From assembly GCA_016196545.1 (NCBI GenBank), contig JACPXM010000023.1, positions 1-46,271 on the forward strand: DNA of 46,271 nt, in the 5' to 3' direction. The notes below the pieces were generated by a model. That model made no database searches. It had not been told where the DNA came from and worked only from the letters and a program-made list of their open reading frames with translations. Positions 39,249 through 46,271 of this stretch are shown one piece after another. Each line of letters starts with the position of its first letter. The stretch's first letter is position 1. The position numbers and the translations under genes were made by a program. This DNA comes from Candidatus Omnitrophota bacterium (GTDB lineage: Bacteria; Omnitrophota; Omnitrophia; Omnitrophales; Aquincolibacteriaceae).

Positions 39249-39407
39249 TTAGAGGGATTGCAGGGCGTTAGCAATCGTATTAAAGCTCACGGCGAGCTGA
39301 TCGCTAAACAAAACAAGAGAGGCGACCAGAACAACAGAAACAACAGAGATAATGAGGGCATATTCAACTAATCCCTGGCCATTTTCCCCTTTAAGAAATC
39401 TTTCCAT
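39249..39407 (-). CDS. flp: Flp/Fap-family type IVb pilin (52 aa; not in the ORF track)
   Basis: MERFLKGENGQGLVEYALIISVVSVVLVASLVLF... contains the Flp processing motif G/xxxxEY followed by a hydrophobic helix. An AAGGGAG SD lies 4 nt upstream of the ATG. Confidence 0.7.
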   Translation of the reverse strand: MERFLKGENGQGLVEYALIISVVSVVLVASLVLFSDQLAVSFNTIANALQSL

Positions 39408-39718
39408 AAAACTCCCTTGAAGTAGCCTAATCTTTCATCTAATCAAAGCGTAATGTAAGTTTTGTTATTTGTCAAAAAATTGAGTCAAATAGAGTGTGCC
39501 ATAAATATACAATTTGAAACCTCTTTGGCGATGAAAAAATCCATTGAAAAACATGCCCGCTCTAAAAAAGATTGAGAATCAAATGAAATAGAAGCGGGAT
39601 GCAAGCGAAGGCCCAGATTTAAATCCCGGAAAATTTTTGGCATTTTCATTTTTATGCCTTTCATTTTTGAATGCTGAATTCTATTAAAATGCCGGCGAGA
39701 CCAATGCCGGCGAGACCA

Positions 39719-39747
39719 TTGACCCTTACTATCGCCTCGCATATAAT
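39719..39747 (+). promoter_or_regulatory. promoter TTGACC-17-TATAAT for tRNA-Asn
   Basis: Hexamers at 39719-39724 and 39742-39747. The tRNA 5' end lies 27 nt downstream of the -10. Confidence 0.6.
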
Positions 39748-39773
39748 CGGTCCCAATCTGCTGGAATCTTCAT

Positions 39774-39846
39774 TCCCCTGTAGCTCAGTTGGTAGAGCGG
39801 CACGCTGTTAACGTGCATGTCCGTGGTTCGAGCCCACGCGGGGGAG
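39774..39846 (+). tRNA. tRNA-Asn (anticodon GTT), CCA not encoded
   Basis: Hand-folded cloverleaf: acceptor tcccctg/cggggga, D arm gctcagttggtagagc, anticodon loop ctGTTaa, T arm cgtgg-ttcgagc-ccacg, discriminator g. Confidence 0.9.
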
Positions 39847-39960
39847 ACTCATAAAAAATGCCGGAGGCCTTAAGGTCTTCGGCATTTTTATTTAGGTTTT
39901 CCCCCGCGAGTCCTGATCTCCCAAAATCCCTAATCAAAATTAGGGCACGCGGGGGAGCCA
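39841..39960. repeat. direct repeat copy 1 (120 bp, identical to 44397-44516); candidate att region
   Basis: Base-by-base comparison of the two copies shows no mismatch. It spans the last 6 nt of the tRNA, the terminator, a dyad-symmetric segment and the last 21 nt of the recombinase ORF. Confidence 0.9.
39853..39889. terminator. bidirectional intrinsic terminator downstream of tRNA-Asn and recombinase 1
   Basis: aaaaaatgccggagg-cctt-aaggtcttcggcattttt: a stem flanked by an A-tract and a T-tract. Confidence 0.7.
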
Positions 39961-41571
39961 ATACATCCTCTCATCAAACCGAGAGGATAACGAAAAACCG
40001 CCAGAGCCAGTCTTTCCAGACTGCTTTGGCGGTTTTTTTATTTCAGGAAGATTGTAAAACTGAATCTTGAGTTTCGACGGCTCCTTGTGATAGACAATCT
40101 TCTTGATAAGCAGGTGCAGTAAATCCCGCTGCTTTTCAAAGGTGAGCTGCGTAAAAACCATCTTGAAATACTTGAAATTGCGAGAAATGGCTTGAGGGTC
40201 AATAATTTTCTGTTGCTCTTGAGCGATTTCTTCGTCCATCTCATTTAATTTTTTCTCCAACACGATCTTTTGTTCTTCCAAAGGCTTTAACTGTTCTTCA
40301 ATCAAAGAAAACCGCTTCCTACCGTAGGCTTTTAACCAGGGCTGCGCTTGTCTTTCGATTTTGGTTAATTGTGCGACGATTCGCTTTCTCTCCGTGCGAA
40401 GACTGGTTAATTTTTGCTTTGAAATCTTGATGGCTTGTTTAACGATCTTCTGAATAAGTCCCTCTCGTTCCGAAAGGAAACTGATTCGGTCAATTACGAG
40501 TTGTTCCAGAGTTCTGGCGGAAACACGTCTGATTTCGCAAGCCGTCCGATCCGCATGACCAACTTTCGTGCATTGATAATACAGGTACTTCTTACCGCCT
40601 TTGATGGAGGAGTTGTGCGTCATTTGTGACCCGCAATGACCGCACCATATCAAACCTGTAAGCAACAGTTGATGAATGTTCTGGCTGATCGAAGTTCGGT
40701 GGACGGTATTGGATTTGATGATCTGTTGGACTCGACTAAATAATTTTGTATTGATGATCCCTTTCCACTGAGCAGGAAACGATTTTTCATGCGTGCCTGT
40801 ACGCCCGATGTAGTAAAGGCTTTTTAGCATGTTCATGATCATGACTTCGGTGAATTTCTTCCCGCCTCGATGAACACCCGATTTCGTCTTCCAAATTTTG
40901 GTTGTATAACCGTTTTTGTTGCAGTAAGTCGCAACAAGATTGCCTGATTGAATCTCAACATACTTGCGGAAGATGAGGCGAGCCAGTGGGATTTCTTCTT
41001 GGTTCGGTTTAAGGACGCCTTTTTCGGTGGGATGGAGATCAAAGCCAAGTGGAATTGAGCCACCGTGAAACAGTCCTTTGCTTGCCCGAAACTGCATTTT
41101 GTCTCTGGTGCGTTCGGATGCCAATTCTCGCTCGTACTGCGCAAACCTTAACACGATGTCGAGATGTAATCTGCCCGTTGATGAAGCCGTGTTAAATTCT
41201 TGCGTTGCGGATGCGAGTTCAATCCCAAGTTTCTGTAATTCCTCCCAAATTTCATAAAAGTGTTTGAGGCTGCGGGTAAAACGGTCAATCGCTTTGACAA
41301 CAATCATGTCGAACTTACCAAGTCTTGCGTCCGCAAGAAGACGCCTAAAAGCAGGACGCACAAGGGTTCCGCCTGAAACATTTCTATCATCGTATCGGGT
41401 TGGGACGAGCGTCCAACCATTTTCCTCATGCAGCCCGATGTAATCTTCGCATTTTTGCCTTTGCGCTTCGATGGTATCAAAAGGACTGATCTCGCTTTTT
41501 TCTTGATCAGATGTTCTGGTGTAAACGACGCATCGGTAATTCTTCTTTGTCTTATCGCTCGATAGAAACAT
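39940..41571 (-). CDS. large serine recombinase (element 1)
   Basis: Catalytic motif VVYTRTSDQ...DTIEAQRQ, resolvase core DMIVVKAIDRFTRS, recombinase domain, Zn-ribbon CGHCGS...CTKVGHADRTAC, and a coiled-coil C-terminus. The last 7 codons (6 sense codons plus the stop) lie in the direct repeat. Confidence 0.9.
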   Translation of the reverse strand: MFLSSDKTKKNYRCVVYTRTSDQEKSEISPFDTIEAQRQKCEDYIGLHEENGWTLVPTRYDDRNVSGGTLVRPAFRRLLADARLGKFDMIVVKAIDRFTRSLKHFYEIWEELQKLGIELASATQEFNTASSTGRLHLDIVLRFAQYERELASERTRDKMQFRASKGLFHGGSIPLGFDLHPTEKGVLKPNQEEIPLARLIFRKYVEIQSGNLVATYCNKNGYTTKIWKTKSGVHRGGKKFTEVMIMNMLKSLYYIGRTGTHEKSFPAQWKGIINTKLFSRVQQIIKSNTVHRTSISQNIHQLLLTGLIWCGHCGSQMTHNSSIKGGKKYLYYQCTKVGHADRTACEIRRVSARTLEQLVIDRISFLSEREGLIQKIVKQAIKISKQKLTSLRTERKRIVAQLTKIERQAQPWLKAYGRKRFSLIEEQLKPLEEQKIVLEKKLNEMDEEIAQEQQKIIDPQAISRNFKYFKMVFTQLTFEKQRDLLHLLIKKIVYHKEPSKLKIQFYNLPEIKKPPKQSGKTGSGGFSLSSRFDERMYWLPRVP

Positions 41572-41591
41572 AAATCACCTCAAAATTTGGC

Positions 41592-41620
41592 TTGACTCTT
41601 TTCTTCATGAGTGTACACTC
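41592..41620 (+). promoter_or_regulatory. candidate promoter TTGACT-16-TACACT with an overlapping 12-bp perfect palindrome (gagtgtacactc) in the divergent region of element 1
   Basis: Hexamers at 41592-41597 and 41614-41619. The palindrome is at 41609-41620. Confidence 0.4.
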
Positions 41621-41632
41621 GTCGTAGACACG

Positions 41633-42292
41633 ATGCAAACCAAAGAATATCAAGGCTCACTCCTCTACACCGCAAAAGACCTCTTGAAAAAAGCAGGCGT
41701 TGGTAGAAGTATCGGCACAAGAACCTTCGAGTATCTGCGGGATAAACTGCAAATTTTGCCGAAGCCTCTCAAGATCGCTCAACCTCATGGGCGTGGGACG
41801 GTCGGTTTTTACCCCGCTGAAACAGTCAAGCTCCTGCAACGACTTGAGAAAGAACGCCAGAAGGGGAAAACTTATCCAGAACTGGCGATTGATTTGAGAC
41901 AGGAAAGCGAGCAAATCCGAGCGAGGGCAAGTGAACTGCGGAAGCAATACGAGGGCGAAAAAAAAGCCTTGCGACGGTTATCGCATGGTTTGATTTCAGA
42001 TCAACATCCCGCCGAAGGTATCAAACCACTAACTAAAAGCAAGGGTGCAATAGGAAGTGACAGCATCCAAACAAAAGAAGCCGTGGCTCTTGAGATCAGG
42101 AATGTGACGGATGATCTGAAGGATGAGATCAAGAGACTTCTGTCTGCCTGGGATGGCAAGGATGTTGGAAAATTGCAAGGCGTCAGAGAGAAAATTGAGG
42201 AATTGGAGCATCTTGAAGGTGTGAGGACTGAGCAGGAGGTTTTTGAGAGGGTCAAAGGAGCGTTGAAGTCCAAAAATGGCAAACGACGGTGA
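41633..42292 (+). CDS. hypothetical DNA-binding/coiled-coil protein (possible MerR-like HTH; candidate directionality factor)
   Basis: The N-terminus YTAKDLLKKAGVGRSIGTRTFEYLRDKLQILPKP...FYPAETVKLLQRLEKERQKG is HTH-like, and the rest is a charged coiled coil. It is divergent from the recombinase. The function is inference only. Confidence 0.4.
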   Translation: MQTKEYQGSLLYTAKDLLKKAGVGRSIGTRTFEYLRDKLQILPKPLKIAQPHGRGTVGFYPAETVKLLQRLEKERQKGKTYPELAIDLRQESEQIRARASELRKQYEGEKKALRRLSHGLISDQHPAEGIKPLTKSKGAIGSDSIQTKEAVALEIRNVTDDLKDEIKRLLSAWDGKDVGKLQGVREKIEELEHLEGVRTEQEVFERVKGALKSKNGKRR

Positions 42293-42336
42293 ACTGTCAC
42301 GAAATGTAAAGGCAATGATAAGGAATTGTAAAGGTT

Positions 42337-42762
42337 ATGGAGAGCATGGAAGTAAAAGACAAATTTTTGACGTTGCGGGCGCAAAATCTCAGCTACGCCA
42401 AAATCGCTGAGCAGCTTGGCGTCAGCAAACAGACCTTAATCGCTTGGAGCAAATCGCTACGAGTCGAAATTGGCAATTTGCGGGCAATTCATCTTGAGGA
42501 ACTGCAAGAAAAATATCACGTGCTTCGAGCAGGAAGATTGGAACTTTTCGGGCAGCAGTTACACACCGTTACGGAAGAACTCAAGAAGCGTACTTATGCA
42601 GACGTTCCCACAGATAAGTTGGTTGAAATGTTTATCAAGTTTGCACAAATTCTTAAACAGGATGACAGCGGTCTTTTGTTTATCGAAGAAAAAATGAATA
42701 ACGAAACTGACATTGAAGACCTTACGATGGATATGAGCCAAAAAAGGAAATGGGAAGCATAA
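42337..42762 (+). CDS. small HTH protein (hypothetical)
   Basis: LRAQNLSYAKIAEQLGVSKQTLIAWSK is a clear HTH, followed by a coiled coil. Confidence 0.55.
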   Translation: MESMEVKDKFLTLRAQNLSYAKIAEQLGVSKQTLIAWSKSLRVEIGNLRAIHLEELQEKYHVLRAGRLELFGQQLHTVTEELKKRTYADVPTDKLVEMFIKFAQILKQDDSGLLFIEEKMNNETDIEDLTMDMSQKRKWEA

Positions 42763-42792
42763 CCAAAACTTTACCGTTTTTTGACCAAGTTT

Positions 42793-42954
42793 ATGCAAAT
42801 CGATTACTCACCGACTGAACGATTGGCTTTGATCGTAGATATTCTCGCCGAAGGCGTGATTGCTCTTTCGGCTGTGATGAATCTCTTGGAAGCCTTTGAT
42901 CGCCTTAAAGTTAAAGAGTTTGTTAAGATTGAAATTATGCGGTCAGACTTATAA
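42793..42954 (+). CDS. 53-aa hypothetical ORF sharing a motif with the ORF upstream of recombinase 2
   Basis: MQIDYSPTERLALIVDILAEGVIAL... versus ...LTPEERLSRIVHILALGAIRLA at 46114-46271 (12 of 20 identical by eye). It is below the ORF-track size cut-off. Confidence 0.35.
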   Translation: MQIDYSPTERLALIVDILAEGVIALSAVMNLLEAFDRLKVKEFVKIEIMRSDL

Positions 42955-43020
42955 ATTTCAAAATGTGAAGGAAATCAATCACAAGCCGATGAATCTTACA
43001 CAGGATAAGGGCTGAAAAGC

Positions 43021-44268
43021 ATGGAAAACTGGGTATGTGTAGGAGAATACTTGAGCCGACAAGAAGCCGAATTTATTCAGTCGCTTCTTAACGGTAAAGG
43101 TATTGAGGCAATGATCTCTGCCGACGATCTCGGTGGAATGAGACCGCATTTATCAATGGGCAAGGCGGTTAGACTTTTGGTTGCTCCAAAAGATTCCGAG
43201 CGAGCAGTCAAGATTATCAAAACTTCAGAAAACATTAAATCTGAGGTCAAACTCCGAAACAAAAGTTATGTCCCAACGTTCATCCTCGTAACAATTTTAA
43301 TCGGACTTGGACTTTTCTTGGGGCGGGAGGTTTATCGGAATTTACATGAAGTAAAAAAGACTTATTATGAAAATGGTTCACTCAAGGCGGAATGGCTTTA
43401 CTCGAATCATCGGTTACACGGAGTGAGCAAAGGATACCATAAAAATGGCGCCTTGAAATTTGAAGCTCTATACAAATTTGGAACCATTAGCGGTCCAATC
43501 AAAACCTATAATTCAAACGGAAAAATTGCTGCAGAATTTCATTCGGTTGATGGAAAAGTTGAAGGTCTTAAAAAAACTTATTATGAAGGTGGTTCGCTGT
43601 GGACGAAGGAAAATTACAAGGCGGATAAATTAAATGGTTTGAGTCGAGAGTATTACCAAGATGGTACGTTGTTGGCGGAATCAAATTATAAAGACGATAA
43701 GCTGGTCGGAGTCTCTAAGACTTTTTACAAGACTGGAACCATAGAATCTGAACTGCGATCGGAGGACGGCATCAGTAAGGCATTGAAAACGTTCTATCCA
43801 TCAGAGAAAACCAGGCTTGAGTGTGTCTATGAGCAGGTCAATGATAAAACGATTGAGAGTTGTAAAGGATTTGCCGAATCAGGAGAGACAGCAAACGGTC
43901 TCGTCAAAGCCTATTTTCCAGATGGCAAAGTGGAATCGGAATTTCAGTATATCGAAGGCATCCCTCACGGAGATTTTAAGAAGTACTATGAGAATGGAAA
44001 CGTGAAGTCAGAAGCTCACTTTGAACATGGCAAGATGCATGGAGCAATGAAGGAATACTACGAATCTGGAAAGTTGTGGCGAGAATGGAATTACAAGATG
44101 GGCATGTTAGACGGCCCGTCTAAGGAGTATTACGAATCTTCTCAGCGGGCCGTTGGCGAAGCTCATTATGTCGATGGGAAATTAGAGGGCAAGGCGGTTT
44201 CCTACGATGAATTTGGAGAAGTTGCCGATCAAGTCACATACAAAGCGGGTGAATTGGTTCAAAGTTAA
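43021..44268 (+). CDS. DUF2007-like N-terminal domain + one TM helix + about 11-12 MORN-variant (YwqK-like) repeats
   Basis: The N-terminus WVCVGEYLSRQEAEFIQSLLNGKGIEAMI resembles DUF2007. The TM helix is VPTFILVTILIGLGLFLG. It is followed by repeats such as KTYYENGSLKAEWLYSNHRLHGVS and KEYYESGKLWREWNYKMGMLDGPS. Confidence 0.7.
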   Translation: MENWVCVGEYLSRQEAEFIQSLLNGKGIEAMISADDLGGMRPHLSMGKAVRLLVAPKDSERAVKIIKTSENIKSEVKLRNKSYVPTFILVTILIGLGLFLGREVYRNLHEVKKTYYENGSLKAEWLYSNHRLHGVSKGYHKNGALKFEALYKFGTISGPIKTYNSNGKIAAEFHSVDGKVEGLKKTYYEGGSLWTKENYKADKLNGLSREYYQDGTLLAESNYKDDKLVGVSKTFYKTGTIESELRSEDGISKALKTFYPSEKTRLECVYEQVNDKTIESCKGFAESGETANGLVKAYFPDGKVESEFQYIEGIPHGDFKKYYENGNVKSEAHFEHGKMHGAMKEYYESGKLWREWNYKMGMLDGPSKEYYESSQRAVGEAHYVDGKLEGKAVSYDEFGEVADQVTYKAGELVQS

Positions 44269-44396
44269 AAATCTCTGCCCCATCTCTCCCCCCTCTTAAC
44301 CCTATCATCTGCAATAAGTTGCACCTCTCCCTTCGCACGTCTGAGAATTTCAAATTGAAACTCGTCTTGAAATGTGTTTTGATCTGACAGTGTCAC

Positions 44397-44516
44397 GGGG
44401 AGACTCATAAAAAATGCCGGAGGCCTTAAGGTCTTCGGCATTTTTATTTAGGTTTTCCCCCGCGAGTCCTGATCTCCCAAAATCCCTAATCAAAATTAGG
44501 GCACGCGGGGGAGCCA
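44397..44516. repeat. direct repeat copy 2 (120 bp, identical to 39841-39960)
   Basis: See copy 1. It is preceded by gtcac, an imperfect mimic of the tRNA 3' stem cacgc. Confidence 0.9.
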
Positions 44517-46154
44517 TTTTGTACGCTCATCAAAACTGACCTTGTCGCCTTCTACCTCGAGATCAAGCTCGGGGAGAGGGCGCAGGGTCATTTTGATTTT
44601 AGAGGGGTCTTGGTTGTAAATGATCTCTTTGATGAGGAGTCTTAGCCGGTCTTTCTTTTCGTTGGGCGTGAGTTTATCAAACACTGCGTCGAAGCGCTGG
44701 AGATTGTGGCGAATCACATCAGCGTCAATCATCCGGCCTTCAAGGCTTTGGAGCGACAGTTCAATATCGGCAAGCCTTTCTTCTGCCTTTTGTTTCTTTT
44801 CCTGCAGTTCGTCCAGCCGGTCTGTAATAAAGCTGTTGCGGGAACCGTTCTTGTGAGCGCCTAAAGCATTGACCAGTTTCTTGGCTTCTTCGTCGGTTTT
44901 ACGGATTTCTTCCTGAACACGCTTTCTGTCCTCCCTTAATGGCCCAAAGGCTTTGACCGAGGATTCCTGCGCATCTTTCACAATGGCTTCGACTACTTTC
45001 TTATTCTGACCGAGAAATGACAATCGCTTCACGATCAGATTTTCAAGCTCTTTCGCGGGAGCGCTTTTGACGGAGCAAGCGTCTTTGTCATTCTTATTAA
45101 CCTTCGTGCATTTGTAATAAAAATATTTCCTTCCTCTTGAGTAAGCAAAGTTAGGCGTCATAAAAGACGCGCATACTTTGCAATGCACAAGTCCCTTCAA
45201 GAGGAAATCATGTTTATCCTGATTTGCCGAATGATGAGTGCCGTTATTTTGGCTGAGAAGCTTCTGGACTCGGTTGAAAAGCGTTTCATCAACAATGGCC
45301 TTATGCTCGCCGGGAAAAAAATTGTCTTTATACCGAAGCTGTCCGATATAAAAAGGATTTCTCAGGATTTGGGCAAGATTGGACTTATTATACCGGCTGC
45401 CGCCTTTCTCAAGCCCTGCCTTGTTAATCCATTGTTTTAGGCGGTAGCCGCGTTCATTCAATCGTTTGGCCGTCTTGCCAAGGGATTTTTCTTTGAGATA
45501 AAAAAGAAATTGATCTTCTGCCTGCCTGGCTTCGCTTTTATTCAGGACCAGCTTCCGGTTTGCCGAATCAATGTCATAGCCAATGACCGGCATTCCACCT
45601 GCCCATTTGCCTTTTTGAATCATGGCGATGCGTTTGTCCCGCGTCCGTTCGCTGACCAGCTCGCGCTCAAACTGAGCAAATCCCATCAGCATGGTTTGGA
45701 AAATCCGCCCGATTGAAGTCGAGGTATCGAATTGCTGAGTGACGGAAACAAAAGCAACGCCGTGCTTATCAAAAAGATCGAGGATTTTGACGAAGTCTTT
45801 GATGTTCCGACTCATGCGGTCGTATTTGTAAGCCACAACTATCTGAACTTTTCCCTGACGGATGGCGGCAAGAAGATGTTGCAAGGCGGGCCGATTCGTA
45901 TTGCCGCCGGAATAAGCAGGATCGTCAAAGCGTTCGGGGTAAAGCTGCCAGCCTTCGGCCTTCCGGCTCTTGATAAACGACTCGCAGGATTCCCTTTGCG
46001 CATCGAGTGAAGTAAAATCTGAATTGAGATTTTCATCCGTGGATTTGCGGGTATAAACAGCACAACGCTTGATTTCTAGTTTTTGGCTCACAGCTTTGTC
46101 CCTGGGTTTTGTGTTAGGGAGTGTGAGCATAGCCTTTAAATTTTGGACTGTCAA
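44496..46154 (-). CDS. large serine recombinase (element 2)
   Basis: CAVYTRKSTDENLNSDFTSLDAQRESC, resolvase core QIVVAYKYDRMSRN, Zn-ribbon CKVCAS...CTKVNKNDKDAC, and a coiled coil. The start is either TTG at 46154 or ATG at 46130. It is clearly diverged from recombinase 1 except for the identical last 21 nt. Confidence 0.9.
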   Translation of the reverse strand: MTVQNLKAMLTLPNTKPRDKAVSQKLEIKRCAVYTRKSTDENLNSDFTSLDAQRESCESFIKSRKAEGWQLYPERFDDPAYSGGNTNRPALQHLLAAIRQGKVQIVVAYKYDRMSRNIKDFVKILDLFDKHGVAFVSVTQQFDTSTSIGRIFQTMLMGFAQFERELVSERTRDKRIAMIQKGKWAGGMPVIGYDIDSANRKLVLNKSEARQAEDQFLFYLKEKSLGKTAKRLNERGYRLKQWINKAGLEKGGSRYNKSNLAQILRNPFYIGQLRYKDNFFPGEHKAIVDETLFNRVQKLLSQNNGTHHSANQDKHDFLLKGLVHCKVCASFMTPNFAYSRGRKYFYYKCTKVNKNDKDACSVKSAPAKELENLIVKRLSFLGQNKKVVEAIVKDAQESSVKAFGPLREDRKRVQEEIRKTDEEAKKLVNALGAHKNGSRNSFITDRLDELQEKKQKAEERLADIELSLQSLEGRMIDADVIRHNLQRFDAVFDKLTPNEKKDRLRLLIKEIIYNQDPSKIKMTLRPLPELDLEVEGDKVSFDERTKWLPRVP

Positions 46155-46271
46155 TATTGGCTTTCAAAACGGGCCTATTCTTTTCGCTGTCAGCCAGGCG
46201 GATTGCTCCCAAGGCTAGGATATGCACAATCCGGGAAAGCCTCTCCTCCGGCGTGAGATCATCGGGATCAT
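46114..46271 (-). CDS. partial small ORF upstream of and overlapping the recombinase 2 start
   Basis: The open frame reads DPDDLTPEERLSRIVHILALGAIRLADSEKNRPVLKANIDSPKFKGYAHTP*. The N-terminus lies outside the window. Confidence 0.35.
   Translation of the reverse strand, partial: DPDDLTPEERLSRIVHILALGAIRLADSEKNRPVLKANIDSPKFKGYAHTP

Larger units (their letters stand above)
39847..44396. mobile_element. integrative element 1 (about 4.5 kb) at the tRNA-Asn 3' end, mobilised by a large serine recombinase
   Basis: It is bounded by the 120-bp direct repeats, has its recombinase at the tRNA-proximal end, carries only cargo and regulatory genes, and looks more AT-rich than the core by eye. Confidence 0.7.
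44397..46271. mobile_element. integrative element 2 (partial; continues beyond the window) with its own large serine recombinase
   Basis: It starts with the same 120-bp module and has its recombinase in the same position and orientation as element 1. Confidence 0.6.

Noticed and set aside
39485-39742. 85-aa minus-strand ORF upstream of tRNA-Asn.
   Set aside because: It overlaps the tRNA promoter and the tandem 15-mer. The N-terminus is a repeat artefact (WSRRHWSRRH), and there is no SD.
39847-44396. Element 1 as a prophage or ICE.
   Set aside because: It is only about 4.5 kb and has no capsid, tail, terminase, relaxase, T4SS or replication genes. It is better described as a minimal integrative element.

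Overview
This 46.3 kb window is bacterial DNA, probably from an uncultivated lineage; I cannot place it taxonomically from sequence alone. All product names come from reading motifs in the supplied translations. No BLAST or HMM searches were run.

Bases 1-39,700 are densely packed core chromosome:
- DNA repair and tRNA modification: queG, nth, polX, NUDIX.
- A long minus-strand run of cofactor and housekeeping genes: mqnE-like, ispG, nadA, thiC, fused siroheme decarboxylase, aldo/keto reductase, phoU, rtcB, archease, and a response regulator with its histidine kinase.
- An 11-gene complex I operon, nuoABCD-I-H-JKLMN. It has no nuoEFG, and nuoI precedes nuoH.
- cydAB, flanked by a DUF190 protein and a Cys-rich LTXXQ periplasmic protein.
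- An orphan Flp-type pilin that is missing from the ORF track.

Intergenic gaps across the core carry long palindromes belonging to at least two sequence families. One 52-nt copy is identical after the stop codons of ispG and nuoI. A 180-bp GC-rich element with terminal inverted repeats sits upstream of a small secreted protein whose stop codon overlaps the greA start codon.

The accessory part starts at tRNA-Asn(GTT), 39774-39846. Two different large-serine-recombinase elements are stacked head to tail there, separated by a perfect 120-bp direct repeat. That repeat contains the tRNA tail, a terminator, a dyad-symmetric candidate att site and the last 7 codons (6 sense codons plus the stop) of both recombinase genes. 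The first element (about 4.5 kb) carries two HTH/coiled-coil proteins, a 53-aa ORF and a DUF2007-TM-MORN(YwqK-like) repeat protein. The second element runs off the window. I consider this tandem island the most interesting locus.
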